Source: Candidatus Heritagella gallinarum
GTDB lineage: Bacteria > Bacillota > Clostridia > Oscillospirales > Acutalibacteraceae
Length of the DNA: 64,000 nt
NCBI GenBank assembly: GCA_904394685.1
Contig: CAJFNK010000026.1
Location: 8,706 to 72,705, forward strand
Direction of reading: 5' to 3'
Numbering within the stretch: the stretch's first letter is position 1; each line of letters starts with the position of its first letter. A model generated the notes under the pieces. It ran no database searches, was not told where the DNA came from, and saw only the letters and a list, made by a program, of their open reading frames with translations. This document shows positions 1-10,550 of this stretch, piece by piece. The position numbers and the translations under genes are program-made.

Positions 1-994
1 CGGTATCCTGCATAATCACACAGTTCTTCAGCTTGGCGCCCTTGCCGATATGTACACCACGGAAAATCACGCAGTTTTCCACTTCGCCTTCAATGACGCA
101 GCCATCTGCAATCAGAGAGTTGGAAACCTGAGAGCCCAGGCCATAACGGGCAGGCATATCATCACGAACCTTGGTATAAATCGGACGGTTCACATCAAAC
201 AGCTGCTCCCGTACCTTGGGAAGCATCATCGCCATATTGGCCTCGAAATAGGAATTGATGGAACCAATCATGGTGGAATAACCGGTAAATTCATAGCCAA
301 AAATCCGCAGAGAAGCAATATTCTGCTGGATGATCTCACGGCCAAAATCATAACGGTTGCGGCTGACGCACTCGCTTACCAGCTTCATGAGCAGCTCACG
401 GCGAATCACATACATATTCATGCCGTAATTGCATTCCCCATCCACATTCGGGCCTACCAGCATTTCAACGACACGGCCGTCGGGAGAGGTGGTAAGCACA
501 TTGGCGTTTGTGGAGAAAGGCGGCACCTTGCCGTATTTATATACCATGGTGATATCCGCTTTCTTTTCAATGTGAGCAGTAATCACATCGGCATAATTGA
601 TATTGCAGACAAAATCGCAGTCGCTCAGCAGAACATATTCCTCATTGGAGTTCCGCAGGAAGCGGACGATGGAGGCCAGAGAACCAATCCGGTTGGGCAG
701 CTGAGTGCCGTCTGCGCCAAAGGGAGGCAGGATATAAAGGCCCTCACGTTTGCGAGAAAGATCCCAGGATTTTCCGGAGCCCAGATGATCCATCAGGGAC
801 TGATAATTGTTATCGGTAATGACGCCGACCTTGTTGATACCGGCATTTACCATATTAGACAGCGGGAAGTCGATCACACGATACCGTCCGCCTACCGGGA
901 CAGAAGCCAAGGTGCGGTGCTCGGTCAGTTCACGGACACGCTCGTCATGCACATTGGCGAATAAAATTCCAAGAACATTATTTCCGATCATCAT
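1..994 (-). CDS. glgD: glucose-1-phosphate adenylyltransferase subunit GlgD (C-terminus cut by window edge)
   Basis: Absent from the ORF track because it runs off the window. Reverse-complement translation from the ATG at 992-994 gives [52 protein letters not shown]... Near position 1 it reads ...VIEGEVENCVIFRGVHIGKGAKLKNCVIMQDT (beta-helix repeats). It has the GlgC-like fold without the GGxGxRL loop. It overlaps the glgC stop by 1 nt (TAATG). Confidence 0.8.
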   Translation of the reverse strand, partial: MMIGNNVLGILFANVHDERVRELTEHRTLASVPVGGRYRVIDFPLSNMVNAGINKVGVITDNNYQSLMDHLGSGKSWDLSRKREGLYILPPFGADGTQLPNRIGSLASIVRFLRNSNEEYVLLSDCDFVCNINYADVITAHIEKKADITMVYKYGKVPPFSTNANVLTTSPDGRVVEMLVGPNVDGECNYGMNMYVIRRELLMKLVSECVSRNRYDFGREIIQQNIASLRIFGYEFTGYSTMIGSINSYFEANMAMMLPKVREQLFDVNRPIYTKVRDDMPARYGLGSQVSNSLIADGCVIEGEVENCVIFRGVHIGKGAKLKNCVIMQDT

Positions 995-2205
995 TATTTC
1001 GCCACCTCCTCGGCGTCAATCATAGCCTTGGGCGGTACAACCGTACCCGGTTCCAGCACACAGCCAGCGCCCAAAACCGCTACGCCCCATTCGTCTTTGT
1101 TCTCAATATCCTCAGGACGTGCGCCGATCCGGCAGTCAGCAGAAACCACGCAGTTTTCGGCCACAATCGCATACTGTACCACAGCGCCTTCTTCAATACG
1201 AGCGCCGGGCATGATGATGGAATCCTTTACAACTGCTCCGGGTGCCACATAAACACCTGCAAACAGCACCGAGAAATCAACCTCACCATAGACATTGCAG
1301 CCCTCGGAAATCAGAGAGTTCTGCACTTTAGCGGTACTGGAAACATAGTGCGGCGGCAGCGCCGGGTTACGGGAATAGATCTTCCACTTTTCATCGCTCA
1401 GATCCAGCGGAACATTGGGGTCCAACAGATCCAGATTGGATTCCCACAGGCTGTCGATGGTTCCCACATCTTTCCAATAGCCGGAGAACTGATAAGCCAC
1501 CATCTTCTCGCCGGCATTGAGCATAGCGGGAAGAACGTTTTTACCAAAGTCATTGGAGGAGTTGGGGTCAGCCTCATCCGCCTCCAGATATTTACGCATC
1601 TTGCTCCAGGTGAACACATAGATGCCCATAGAAGCCTTATTGCTCTTGGGAACCTTCGGCTTCTCATCGAACTCATAGATGGTGCCGTCCTCATAGGTAT
1701 TCAGAATACCAAAGCGGGAAGCCTCCTCCATGGGAACTTCGATTACAGCGATGGTGCAGTCTGCTTTCTTCTCTTTGTGATAGGCGATCATCTTGGCATA
1801 GTCCATCTTGTAGATATGGTCGCCGGAAAGGACTACCACATACTCAGGATTATACCGGTCAATAAACCGGATATTCTGATAGATAGCGTTTGCCGTGCCC
1901 TTATACCAGTCGGACTGCTTGCCACGCTGATAGGGAGGCAGGACATGGACACCGCCATACATACTGTCGAGATCCCAGGGCTGGCCGCTGCCGATATACT
2001 CGTTCAGCTCCAGGGGCTGGTACTGCGTAAGCACACCCACGGTCTCAATACCGGAGTTGACGCAGTTGGACAGCGGAAAATCGATAATACGATATTTTCC
2101 GCCATAGGGCACGGCCGGCTTTGCCAGATTACGGGTAAGGACGCCAAGACGGCTTCCCTGTCCTCCTGCCAGCAGCATTGCCACTACTTCTTGTTTTGGT
2201 AACAT
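994..2205 (-). CDS. glgC: glucose-1-phosphate adenylyltransferase
   Basis: 403 aa. Motifs [14 protein letters not shown] and [19 protein letters not shown], plus a C-terminal beta-helix. Lies between glgB and glgD. Confidence 0.95.
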   Translation of the reverse strand: MLPKQEVVAMLLAGGQGSRLGVLTRNLAKPAVPYGGKYRIIDFPLSNCVNSGIETVGVLTQYQPLELNEYIGSGQPWDLDSMYGGVHVLPPYQRGKQSDWYKGTANAIYQNIRFIDRYNPEYVVVLSGDHIYKMDYAKMIAYHKEKKADCTIAVIEVPMEEASRFGILNTYEDGTIYEFDEKPKVPKSNKASMGIYVFTWSKMRKYLEADEADPNSSNDFGKNVLPAMLNAGEKMVAYQFSGYWKDVGTIDSLWESNLDLLDPNVPLDLSDEKWKIYSRNPALPPHYVSSTAKVQNSLISEGCNVYGEVDFSVLFAGVYVAPGAVVKDSIIMPGARIEEGAVVQYAIVAENCVVSADCRIGARPEDIENKDEWGVAVLGAGCVLEPGTVVPPKAMIDAEEVAK

Positions 2206-2225
2206 TTGGATTCCCCCTCTGAAGA

Positions 2226-4280
2226 TTATGATTTCTCCAATTTATTTTTTCGAGGACTTGTTTTCTTGGTTTTGGGTTTGGTCACCGCTTTCGCAACCGG
2301 CGCTTCCTTTTTCTCAGCTGCTTCTTTTTCAACCACCTTTTTCTGGGGTTTTACCGCAGCTTTCTTCTGAGGCGCCTTACGGCGGCATTTGAGATAGAGT
2401 ACCGACATAGCCGGCAAGGTCAGGCTGATACTGTTTTCAAATCCATGCATGGGTTCCGGCATCGACTTGATCGTGTCACCATTGGTAACACCGCCGCCGC
2501 CAAATTCTGCACTGTCGGAATTGAAAAGTTCGGTATAAATTCCTGCCGCCGGTACACCGATGCAGTAATTCTCCCGTTGTACCGGGACAAAATTACATAC
2601 AGCGATGATATCGTTGCCATCTTTATCGATTCGCCGGAAAGCGATAACACTCTGATTATAATCATCATTGGAAATCCATGAGAAGCCTTCCCATGAGAAA
2701 TCCACCTGCCAAAGGGCCGGGGTTTCGAGATAGAAATGGTTCAGCGCCTTAAAGAACGCCTGTGCCTTTTGATGTTCGGGATACTGAAGCAATCCCCATT
2801 CCAGCTCCCGCTCCACATTCCACTCGTTGGCCTGACAAAATTCTGTGCCCATAAACAGCAGCTTTTTGCCGGGATGCGCCATCATATAACACATAAAGGC
2901 ACGCACACCCGCATACTTCATCGGCTCATCGCCGGGCATCTTATTAAACAGGGAACATTTCCCATACACCACCTCGTCGTGAGAGATGGGCAGGATAAAG
3001 TTCTCGGAAAAAGCATAAAAGAAAGAGAAGGTAATGTTGTCGTGATTAAATTTACGGAACAGGGGATCAAGCGACATATAATGGAGCATATCGTTCATCC
3101 AACCCATATTCCATTTATAATTGAATCCCAATCCGCCGCAGTATGTAGGCTTGGATACCATGGGCCAGGCGGTAGATTCTTCCGCAATCATCATCACTTC
3201 GGGGGCGGCCTCAAACACCGCCTCGTTCAAGCGCTGAAGGAAGGCGACTGCTTCCAGATTTTCCCGTCCTCCGTCTTTGTTGGGGACCCACTCCCCATCA
3301 TTGCGGCTATAATCCAGATAGAGCATGGAAGCCACAGCGTCTACCCGGATGCCATCGATATGATACTCCTTGACCCAGAACACGGCGCTGGACACCAGGA
3401 AGCTGATCACTTCGTTGCGGCCATAGTCAAACACCAGCGTCCCCCAATCCTTATGCTCGCCCTTGCGGGGGTCTGCATATTCATAGCACGGGGAACCATC
3501 AAAACGGGCAAGACCTTCGGCATCCTTTGGAAAATGAGCCGGAACCCAGTCCATAATGACGCCGATACCGGCCTGATGGCACTTGTCTACAAACGACATA
3601 AAGTCCTTCGGCTCACCATAACGGGAGGTTGGGGCAAAATAGCCCATTACCTGATATCCCCAGCTGCCATCAAACGGATACTCTGTGAGAGGCATCACTT
3701 CCACATGGGTATATCCCATTTCCTTTACATAGGGAATCAGCTCATCTGCCAGCTTGTCATAAGAAAAAACGCTGCCATCGCTGTATTTTCTCCAGGAACC
3801 GGCGTGAATCTCATAGATATTGACCGGCTGGTCATAGTGCGGCTTTTTCGCTTTCTGGCGATACCAGGCGGCGTCTGTCCATTCATATCCGGAGATATCA
3901 TAATACCGGGAGCTGTTTCCGGGACGGGTTTCAAAGTGAAAAGCATAGGGATCGCTTTTCATCATTTTTTCACCCTGTGCGGAAACCACACAATACCGGT
4001 ACAGAGTAAATGCGGGCAGTTCATCCAGATACGCCTCCCACACCCCATCGCTGATTTTATCCATGGGGTTGGCTGCGTCATCCCAGTTGTTAAAGTCGCC
4101 CACTACCGATACTTTCTGAGCGGTTGGCGCCCAGACACGGCAAACCATACGGGGGCAACCGTCCACCATGGTTTTGTGCATGCCCATATACTCATAGGCT
4201 CTGTAATTGGTACCCTGGTGGAACAGGTACAGGGGCAGGTTGTTTTTTTCATTCTTTTGTGGAGATTGCATGGTAATCAT
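2226..4280 (-). CDS. glgB: 1,4-alpha-glucan branching enzyme with Lys-rich C-terminal tail
   Basis: 684 aa. GH13 catalytic regions [23 protein letters not shown] and ISHDEVV. The last ~53 aa are a K/A/P-rich low-complexity tail. Confidence 0.95.
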   Translation of the reverse strand: MITMQSPQKNEKNNLPLYLFHQGTNYRAYEYMGMHKTMVDGCPRMVCRVWAPTAQKVSVVGDFNNWDDAANPMDKISDGVWEAYLDELPAFTLYRYCVVSAQGEKMMKSDPYAFHFETRPGNSSRYYDISGYEWTDAAWYRQKAKKPHYDQPVNIYEIHAGSWRKYSDGSVFSYDKLADELIPYVKEMGYTHVEVMPLTEYPFDGSWGYQVMGYFAPTSRYGEPKDFMSFVDKCHQAGIGVIMDWVPAHFPKDAEGLARFDGSPCYEYADPRKGEHKDWGTLVFDYGRNEVISFLVSSAVFWVKEYHIDGIRVDAVASMLYLDYSRNDGEWVPNKDGGRENLEAVAFLQRLNEAVFEAAPEVMMIAEESTAWPMVSKPTYCGGLGFNYKWNMGWMNDMLHYMSLDPLFRKFNHDNITFSFFYAFSENFILPISHDEVVYGKCSLFNKMPGDEPMKYAGVRAFMCYMMAHPGKKLLFMGTEFCQANEWNVERELEWGLLQYPEHQKAQAFFKALNHFYLETPALWQVDFSWEGFSWISNDDYNQSVIAFRRIDKDGNDIIAVCNFVPVQRENYCIGVPAAGIYTELFNSDSAEFGGGGVTNGDTIKSMPEPMHGFENSISLTLPAMSVLYLKCRRKAPQKKAAVKPQKKVVEKEAAEKKEAPVAKAVTKPKTKKTSPRKNKLEKS

Positions 4281-4503
4281 CTTCCTCCCATTTCAATTTC
4301 CGTTACTATTATCATATCATAAAACTGGAAAATAGCAAGCGTTTTTCGTCATTTTTTTAGAATGAATTGAAAACAAAAAATCTATATTTGTTAGATATCA
4401 ACAACATATCTCAAAGTTTATTGTGCAAGGACAAGCCAGCCGTTTATGCTGTTACTTTCCTTTTACACTCTCCTTGCTAAAATTTTACCTCTTGGGCAGG
4501 CAA

Positions 4504-4532
4504 TATTTATCATAACACTGTAACCCTGTCAA
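4504..4532 (-). promoter_or_regulatory. candidate sigma-A promoter for glgB operon (TTGACA-17-TAAATA)
   Basis: The minus strand reads TTGACAgggttacagtgttatgaTAAATA, just downstream of the ABC operon terminator. This implies a ~220-nt leader before glgB. Confidence 0.35.
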
Positions 4533-4551
4533 AGTCTGTCGTCTTTGGTAT

Positions 4552-4597
4552 AAAAAAATGACCGTTTCCAGTTTTATCCAGGAACGGTCATTTTTTT
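4552..4597. terminator. bidirectional intrinsic terminator
   Basis: A7-ATGACCGTTTCC-loop-GGAACGGTCAT-T7. It lies directly after the stop of the ABC permease gene. Confidence 0.75.
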
Positions 4598-4611
4598 CCA
4601 TTATAAGAATT

Positions 4612-5886
4612 TCAGGAATTATGCTGACGGTTTTTCAGCATGGAAATCAATCCTGTCAGTTTGGGCGGCTTGCCATACATCAATACGCCGGCACGATAAA
4701 TGATGGCGCCCAGATATCCCAGAGCAACAGCTCCTGCCGCCATCAGTACCACAGAAATCGCAATCTCCCAACCGGCCACATTGCCCATGGTAATCCGCAC
4801 AAACATCGCCATAGGAGAGGTAAGAGGAATATAAGAGCACGCAATCATCAGCGGAGTGTCAACTTCACCGGTATTCAATGCGACGATCACGATAATAAAT
4901 ACGACAACAAACAACATGGTAGCCGGAGTGATGACATTGCTCAAATCTTCCAGACGGCTCACCAGAGAAGCCAGCGCCGCAAACATAAAGGCGTAAATAA
5001 AGAATCCCAAGATAAAGCACAATAGGGCATACAACAGTGTTTCCACCGGCAGATTAAACAGAGTTTTCATCATAGACATGGCGCCGGTATAATAGGGTTC
5101 GTTTACCTGATAGGCTCCATAAGCGGTTCCCAGAATCAAGACAAACTGCAACAGGCCAGCGCACCCAGCTCCAAATACCTTGCCAAACATCAGGCTGGAC
5201 GGCCTTGCCGAAGTGATAAGCAATTCCATGGCACGGGAACTTTTCTCGGTCGCCACGCTGGAGGCCACCATCTGGCCATAGAAAATAATCGCCATATACA
5301 GCAGCATTATCAACAAATAGGTAAACAGATAGCTGTTGCTCTGATTTTTTCCCGCTTCGGTCTGCTCCAACGTTTCCTGTACATGAGCAGAAAGCACCTG
5401 CTGAATCTGTTCTTCTGTCATTCCGCCTTGTGCCATAGCCTGTGCACGGTATCCCTGCAAAAGAACCTGCTGCAAAACGGTGGAGAACTGATCGTACAGC
5501 CCCACATTCCCCGTAATACGGGTATATTGCAGCATGGAGTCAAACACAAGGCCATTAGTAAAGGTTTCGTCCTCTACTTCTTGCATCAGTTCTTCCTTTG
5601 TTCCGCCAAAAGCCTGAAACACGGGTGCTTCCTCTGCCCCTATCATCTGATTCAGCAGGGTAGCCAGCTGCTCAGAAGTTATCCCTAAATCAGCCGACGC
5701 CATCACAGCGACAGATTCGCCTTCCAGTCCGATTTGTGGTACTGCTTCCTCAGACGAAGCAAAAAAACGAGGGAGGGTAAATCCCACAGCAATCAATACC
5801 ATTAGAAGAATCGTTACGACCTGAAAGGCACGCTTCTTCAGATAGGTTCCCAGTTCATATTCAAAAACGGCAAAAAACTGTTTCAT
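4612..5886 (-). CDS. ABC-2 type transporter permease (NatB-like)
   Basis: 424 aa. An N-terminal TM helix is followed by a large extracytoplasmic loop and a cluster of about 5 C-terminal TM helices. Its start overlaps the stop of the upstream ATPase gene by 4 nt. Confidence 0.85.
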   Translation of the reverse strand: MKQFFAVFEYELGTYLKKRAFQVVTILLMVLIAVGFTLPRFFASSEEAVPQIGLEGESVAVMASADLGITSEQLATLLNQMIGAEEAPVFQAFGGTKEELMQEVEDETFTNGLVFDSMLQYTRITGNVGLYDQFSTVLQQVLLQGYRAQAMAQGGMTEEQIQQVLSAHVQETLEQTEAGKNQSNSYLFTYLLIMLLYMAIIFYGQMVASSVATEKSSRAMELLITSARPSSLMFGKVFGAGCAGLLQFVLILGTAYGAYQVNEPYYTGAMSMMKTLFNLPVETLLYALLCFILGFFIYAFMFAALASLVSRLEDLSNVITPATMLFVVVFIIVIVALNTGEVDTPLMIACSYIPLTSPMAMFVRITMGNVAGWEIAISVVLMAAGAVALGYLGAIIYRAGVLMYGKPPKLTGLISMLKNRQHNS

Positions 5887-6824
5887 TTCTCAGCGCCCCC
5901 TTCTTCCTCGTCACGGGTAGTAGCCTCTACAAAAATATCGTTCAAAGTAGGTGTGATCAGCTGTACGCCATCAACCGGCAGCCCAGAGGCTCCCACAGCC
6001 GAAAGCAGCTCATATTCCCCGCCTTCATGCAGCAACTCCACTGCCACACCTTCTTTCACAGCATCTACATTCTTGACCAGAGCGGAAAATGAATTGCGGC
6101 AGTACTGGACTGCTTTTTCGATCTCACCCGTTTGAATCAGCCAATGACTGCGCCCTTTTGTCCGGCGAAGCTCCCGGATACTGCCCGAAAGCACAATTTC
6201 ACCGTGGTGCAAAATCGCTATGGAATCGCAGAACTCCTCCACATAGTTCATCTGATGACTCGAAAACAGCACGATCTTCCCGGAATCAATCAGCTCCCGG
6301 ACTACATCTTTCAGCAGCATGGCGTTTACCGGGTCGAGGCCGGAAAACGGTTCGTCAAGAATGACGAAGTCCGGATTGGACACCAGTGCGGCTGTAAGCT
6401 GAATTTTCTGCTGATTGCCTTTTGAGAGCGTATCCAGCTTTTTGTTGGCAAACTGGTCCATATCAAGACGGCGCAGCCATTTCATGCTGTTCTCTTTTGC
6501 GTCATGGGCACTCAATCCACGCAGGCGGCCAAGATACACCAGCTGCTCCAGAATATTCACCTTTGGATACAGCCCCCGCTCCTCAGGCAGATAGCCAATA
6601 TTGACTTTTTCCCGCACCATGGGCTTTCCATCCAGCAATACCCGTCCGCTGTCTGCCGGAAACACATCCATAATAATACGGATACTGGTGGTTTTCCCAG
6701 CGCCGTTGCGGCCTAACAGGCCAAATGCTTTTCCGCTTTCGGTAGAAAAGCTGACGTTACGCAGGACATGCTTTTCCCCAAAGCTCTTATGCAGATTTTC
6801 TACTGCAAATTGCATACACTTCAT
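5883..6824 (-). CDS. ABC transporter ATP-binding protein
   Basis: 313 aa. Walker A GRNGAGKTT, signature LSKGNQQK, Walker B FVILDEP, plus an extra C-terminal domain. Confidence 0.92.
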   Translation of the reverse strand: MKCMQFAVENLHKSFGEKHVLRNVSFSTESGKAFGLLGRNGAGKTTSIRIIMDVFPADSGRVLLDGKPMVREKVNIGYLPEERGLYPKVNILEQLVYLGRLRGLSAHDAKENSMKWLRRLDMDQFANKKLDTLSKGNQQKIQLTAALVSNPDFVILDEPFSGLDPVNAMLLKDVVRELIDSGKIVLFSSHQMNYVEEFCDSIAILHHGEIVLSGSIRELRRTKGRSHWLIQTGEIEKAVQYCRNSFSALVKNVDAVKEGVAVELLHEGGEYELLSAVGASGLPVDGVQLITPTLNDIFVEATTRDEEEGGAEK

Positions 6825-7035
6825 CCTTTCTCAATCAGGGTTTCCAGTCATCATCTCTCCCCATTGTTGCAGGGATTCATTTTTAAAAGCCAACCAATTT
6901 TGGGCTATCTGATACTAAATATAATCCATACACCTGTTTTCCGCAAGTAAAATTTTGCACACAAAAAATAACAGATTCCAAAGTCTACAATTCCTCAAAA
7001 AGGTTTGATTGCTTCTCAGGTAGAATTACACCGTC

Positions 7036-7063
7036 ATTATATCACGATTTTCTAGTTTGTCAA
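7036..7063 (-). promoter_or_regulatory. near-consensus sigma-A promoter facing the ABC operon (TTGACA-16-TATAAT)
   Basis: The minus strand reads TTGACAaactagaaaatcgtgaTATAAT. A palindrome AACTA-TTAAT-TAGTT (7062-7076) overlaps the -35 by 2 nt and extends upstream of it. Confidence 0.45.
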
Positions 7064-7134
7064 CTATTAATTAGTTATACGCAGAAAGATTCCGTCTAAG
7101 CTATTTACAATAAAATTTAAAAGGAGTTGAGACT

Positions 7135-7497
7135 ATGACCATTGGCGAAACCTTACGTGAATTACTGGAAGAACATGAACTCACCCAAAAACAACTGGCC
7201 TTTGCTCTCAACGTAGCTCCCTCTACTTTGGGAGGATATGTACAGGGAACCAGTGAACCAGATGTTGCAACCTTAAAGAATATCGCAGCATTTTTCCATG
7301 TATCCATGGACTATCTTCTGGATTATTCCAGTAAGAGCGATTCGGCACCAGGGGAAAATGAATTGTTACGGATTTATCGCTCCCTCTCTGAAAAAGAACG
7401 GTTTTTATTTCTAGAGCAGGGAAAGCTATTGCTAAAGTACAGTCAGAAAGAAAAATCATCTACCCGGATTTCCATCAATACTGAGAGTGCTGGATAA
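7135..7497 (+). CDS. XRE-family helix-turn-helix transcriptional regulator
   Basis: 120 aa. The N-terminal HTH_3-like segment is LRELLEEHELTQKQLAFALNVAPSTLGGYVQG. An AAAGGAG RBS sits 8 nt upstream. It is divergent from the ABC operon. Confidence 0.85.
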   Translation: MTIGETLRELLEEHELTQKQLAFALNVAPSTLGGYVQGTSEPDVATLKNIAAFFHVSMDYLLDYSSKSDSAPGENELLRIYRSLSEKERFLFLEQGKLLLKYSQKEKSSTRISINTESAG

Positions 7498-7503
7498 ACA
7501 AAA

Positions 7504-7538
7504 CGGAGCAGGTTTTTATCCCTGCTTCGTTTCTTTTT
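7504..7538. terminator. intrinsic terminator between the XRE gene and thrS
   Basis: GGAGCAGG-tttttatc-CCTGCTTC followed by GTTTCTTTTT. Confidence 0.6.
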
Positions 7539-7567
7539 GAATAATATTTATTTTTAAATAATACTAT

Positions 7568-9508
7568 TTAGTCTTTAGCTTTAGTGGCAACCTGCATCAG
7601 AGCTTTGCTCAGGAACTCCTCTACCGGCATTGCACCCAAATCGCCTTCCTTGCGGTGACGAACCGAAACGGTATTGCTCTCGGCTTCCTTCTCACCCACA
7701 ATCAGCATATAAGGAATCTTCTGCAACTGCGCTTCCCGAATCTTATAGCCGATCTTCTCGCTACGCATATCGCAGGAAGCACGCAGGCCGGCATTTTTCA
7801 ACGTCTCCGTGACTTCCTGTGCCTTGTCATGGAAACGCTCGCTGATGGGCAGGATACGAACCTGCTCCGGCATCAGCCACAGCGGCAGGGCACCGGCATA
7901 TTTTTCAATCAGCAGAGCAAGTGTGCGCTCATAGCAACCAATGGAAGTACGGTGAATGATGTAGGGGTTCTTGCGCTTTCCGTCGGAATCCACATACTCC
8001 ATTCCAAACTTCTCGGCCAGCATCTGGTCGATCTGGATGGTGATGAGGGTATCCTCCTTGCCATACACGTTCTTGATCTGGATATCCAGCTTGGGGCCAT
8101 AGAAAGCAGCTTCGCCAACGCCCTCCACATAGGGAATCTCCAGATGCTCCAGAATCCGGCGCATGGTATCCTGCGCTTCATTCCACTGCTCCTCGGTGCC
8201 GATATATTTTTCACGGTTCTCCGGATCCCACATGGAGAACCGGTAGGAAACATCCTCATACAGTCCCAGAGTCTTCAGCATGAAGATCACCAGCTCCAGG
8301 CAGCCCTTGAACTCGTCTTCCAACTGGTCAGGACGGCACATCAGATGGCCTTCGGAAATGGTGAACTGGCGCACACGGATCAGGCCGTGCATTTCGCCGG
8401 AAGCCTCATTGCGGAACAAAGTAGAAGTTTCGTTATAACGCAGAGGCAGGTCACGATAGGAGCGCTGACGGTTCAGATAAGCCTGATACTGGAAGGGGCA
8501 GGTCATGGGACGCAGTGCAAACACTTCGTCGTCCTTCTCCTCATCGCCCAGCACAAACATACCGTCTTTATAATGATCCCAGTGGCCGCTCACCTTATAC
8601 AGGTCGCTCTTGGCCATAAAGGGGGTTTTGGTAAGCAGCCAGCCACGCTTCTGTTCCTCATCCTCCACAAAGCGCTGCAACAGCTGAATCACTCTGGCAC
8701 CGTTGGGCAGCAGGATCGGCAGACCCTGACCAATGAGGTCACAGGTAGTGAAATATTCCAGCTGGCGTCCCAGAACATTGTGGTCACGCTTTTTGGCTTC
8801 TTCCATGGCGGTGAGATGTTCTTCCAGCTGGGCAGCCTTGGGGAACGATACGCCATAAACACGCTGGAGCATATCATTCTTCGCATCACCACGCCAATAG
8901 GCAGCGGTTGCGGCAGTCAGCTTTACAGCCTTTACACAGCCGGTGCTCATCAGGTGCGGGCCGGCGCACAGATCGGTAAAATCGCCCTGACGATACAGGG
9001 AAATCGCCTCGCCTTTCCCGGCATGCTCCTGAATCAGTTCAACCTTATATTTCTGTCCATGCTCTGCCATAAACTTCTCTGCTTCTTCTGGAGAAAGCTC
9101 AAAACGTTCCAGCGGCAGATTTTCCTTGATAATCTTTTTGATTTCCGCTTCAATTTTGGTCAGGTCATCGGGGGTAAAGGGCTTTACGCCGCCAATATCA
9201 TAATAAAACCCGTTATCCACAGAAGGCCCTACACCAAACACCGCTTCGGGGAACAGACGCTGCACAGCCTGCGCCATGATATGGGAAGTGGTGTGCCAGT
9301 AAGCCTTTTTGCCTTCGGGATCATCAAAGGTCAAAATTGCAAGCTCGCAATCCTCCGTAATGGGGGTACGCAGATCCACCACTTCTCCATTGATCTTTCC
9401 TGCACAGGCAGCTTTATACAGGCCCATGCCAATACTTTTGGCAATGTCGGCAACGGTGACGCCGTTGTCAAATTCCCGAACTTCACCTTTTAAACTGACT
9501 TTCACCAT
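7568..9508 (-). CDS. thrS: threonine--tRNA ligase
   Basis: 646 aa. N-terminal TGS domain, editing-domain motif WHTTSHIMAQA, class II catalytic core and an anticodon-binding domain. Preceded by a Thr T-box. Confidence 0.97.
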   Translation of the reverse strand: MVKVSLKGEVREFDNGVTVADIAKSIGMGLYKAACAGKINGEVVDLRTPITEDCELAILTFDDPEGKKAYWHTTSHIMAQAVQRLFPEAVFGVGPSVDNGFYYDIGGVKPFTPDDLTKIEAEIKKIIKENLPLERFELSPEEAEKFMAEHGQKYKVELIQEHAGKGEAISLYRQGDFTDLCAGPHLMSTGCVKAVKLTAATAAYWRGDAKNDMLQRVYGVSFPKAAQLEEHLTAMEEAKKRDHNVLGRQLEYFTTCDLIGQGLPILLPNGARVIQLLQRFVEDEEQKRGWLLTKTPFMAKSDLYKVSGHWDHYKDGMFVLGDEEKDDEVFALRPMTCPFQYQAYLNRQRSYRDLPLRYNETSTLFRNEASGEMHGLIRVRQFTISEGHLMCRPDQLEDEFKGCLELVIFMLKTLGLYEDVSYRFSMWDPENREKYIGTEEQWNEAQDTMRRILEHLEIPYVEGVGEAAFYGPKLDIQIKNVYGKEDTLITIQIDQMLAEKFGMEYVDSDGKRKNPYIIHRTSIGCYERTLALLIEKYAGALPLWLMPEQVRILPISERFHDKAQEVTETLKNAGLRASCDMRSEKIGYKIREAQLQKIPYMLIVGEKEAESNTVSVRHRKEGDLGAMPVEEFLSKALMQVATKAKD

Positions 9509-9540
9509 GATCGATTCTCTCCTTTACAAAAAATATTCTC

Positions 9541-9808
9541 CACGCAGAAAAACAAAAAGCCTGCCCCACTTCTGGGGCAGGCTTACAGCTCTGCGGTTCC
9601 ACCCGGAATTCGGTTTTTGCAAAAACAAAAACCCTCTAACAGCCCATAACGGCGCCACCCGGCCTTCCTTTGACGGTTCTCCGCTTTCGGAGGCTGCTCA
9701 GAGGCGGTATCTTTTCTCCTTCTGTTGCAGGCGCTTTCAGCCGGTGACGCCCGCTCTCTGACACAGAACCTTGAAAAAAGCTTCCTCATCAACGCATTTG
9801 ATTTATTA
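9541..9808 (-). promoter_or_regulatory. T-box leader (Thr specifier ACC) with terminator, upstream of thrS
   Basis: Read on the minus strand. It has an AGAGA box and a GCTGAAAG K-turn region. The specifier-loop ACC is at 9706-9708 and a CCGTTA F-box is present. The T-box sequence GGGTGGAACCGCAG is at 9591-9604. The terminator AAGCCTGCCCCA-gaag-TGGGGCAGGCTT plus a T-run is at 9550-9584. A candidate promoter TTGACA-17-TACCAT is at 9814-9842. Confidence 0.85.
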
Positions 9809-9866
9809 AATTTATGGTAGCACTGTTTTTTTTCTTTGTCAAGGCAATTTCAACAGGAAAATACGA

Positions 9867-10550
9867 TTATTTCTTCTTCTGGTCTTCCCGCATTGCATCC
9901 TGAAGCATTTCCTGCCGCTTTACGCTGGGGTCAATTCTGGTTTCTTTGGCATTGCGATACCGGCTTCTCGCCGCACCTATCGTACCAGCTGCTGTGGTAA
10001 AAGCAGCCAGAATCCAATAGAACAGACGAAGCACAGTCCCCTGTGGAGAAGCCCAGTCCCGATGCTCATCATAATGCAAATCAATGGAATACAGCAGCTC
10101 GCCATCTACCTGTGGGTCGGCAAAAACCAGACCAGCGGGATGCTCCAGCATATAAATTTCTGCAAACAAGCCAAAGCCCACTACCAACACACCGATTACA
10201 GAAATAATGGTATAGGCAATCCAGCGTTTGCGCTGGCAAAGATGCACCAGACGAATCAGCCCTATTGCACAAAGCGCAAGCCCGGCAAAAAGTAAAAACA
10301 GACGCAGCACCACTGCCCATCCACTGTTCCAGAAAAGATACTGATTTTGCAGCTCCTGTATACCAGGCAGCTGGTTCAAAGTGCCATCTTCCAGCATGCC
10401 GGAAGGCTGGCGAAGCTCCCGGCCATAGGCGTTATAGTAGAGATTCCATTCATTGATAACTGTGAATACGAGACAAAAGCCGCCTATCAATGCCATCACA
10501 AAATCTACTGCGGCGCTTTTTTCTTTTTTCCACGGTGTCGCCCTGTCCAT
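9867..10550 (-). CDS. hypothetical integral membrane protein
   Basis: The ORF extends to 10592. The start at MDRATPWKK (10550) is preferred because a GGGAG sits 9 nt upstream. About 4 hydrophobic helices. No family recognised. Confidence 0.6.
   Translation of the reverse strand: MDRATPWKKEKSAAVDFVMALIGGFCLVFTVINEWNLYYNAYGRELRQPSGMLEDGTLNQLPGIQELQNQYLFWNSGWAVVLRLFLLFAGLALCAIGLIRLVHLCQRKRWIAYTIISVIGVLVVGFGLFAEIYMLEHPAGLVFADPQVDGELLYSIDLHYDEHRDWASPQGTVLRLFYWILAAFTTAAGTIGAARSRYRNAKETRIDPSVKRQEMLQDAMREDQKKK

Noticed and set aside
50-964. 304-aa plus-strand ORF at the start of the window
   Set aside because: It is antisense to a clear glgD reading frame. The composition is I/H/G-rich with no recognisable motifs, and there is no RBS.
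2736-4322. 528-aa plus-strand ORF
   Set aside because: Shadow ORF opposite glgB. Its sequence is low-complexity and H/I/G-rich, while the opposite strand carries all GH13 motifs.
9213-9221. Perfect DnaA box TTATCCACA
   Set aside because: It is a single occurrence inside the thrS coding sequence with no cluster, consistent with chance.
7655-9493. 612-aa plus-strand ORF
   Set aside because: Shadow ORF opposite thrS.
9650-9662. A second T-box-like GGGTGGCGCCG motif, suggesting tandem T-boxes upstream of thrS
   Set aside because: It is followed by CCGTTA, so it fits the stem II / F-box region of a single T-box. The ~270-nt leader is too short for two complete T-boxes, and there is only one terminator.
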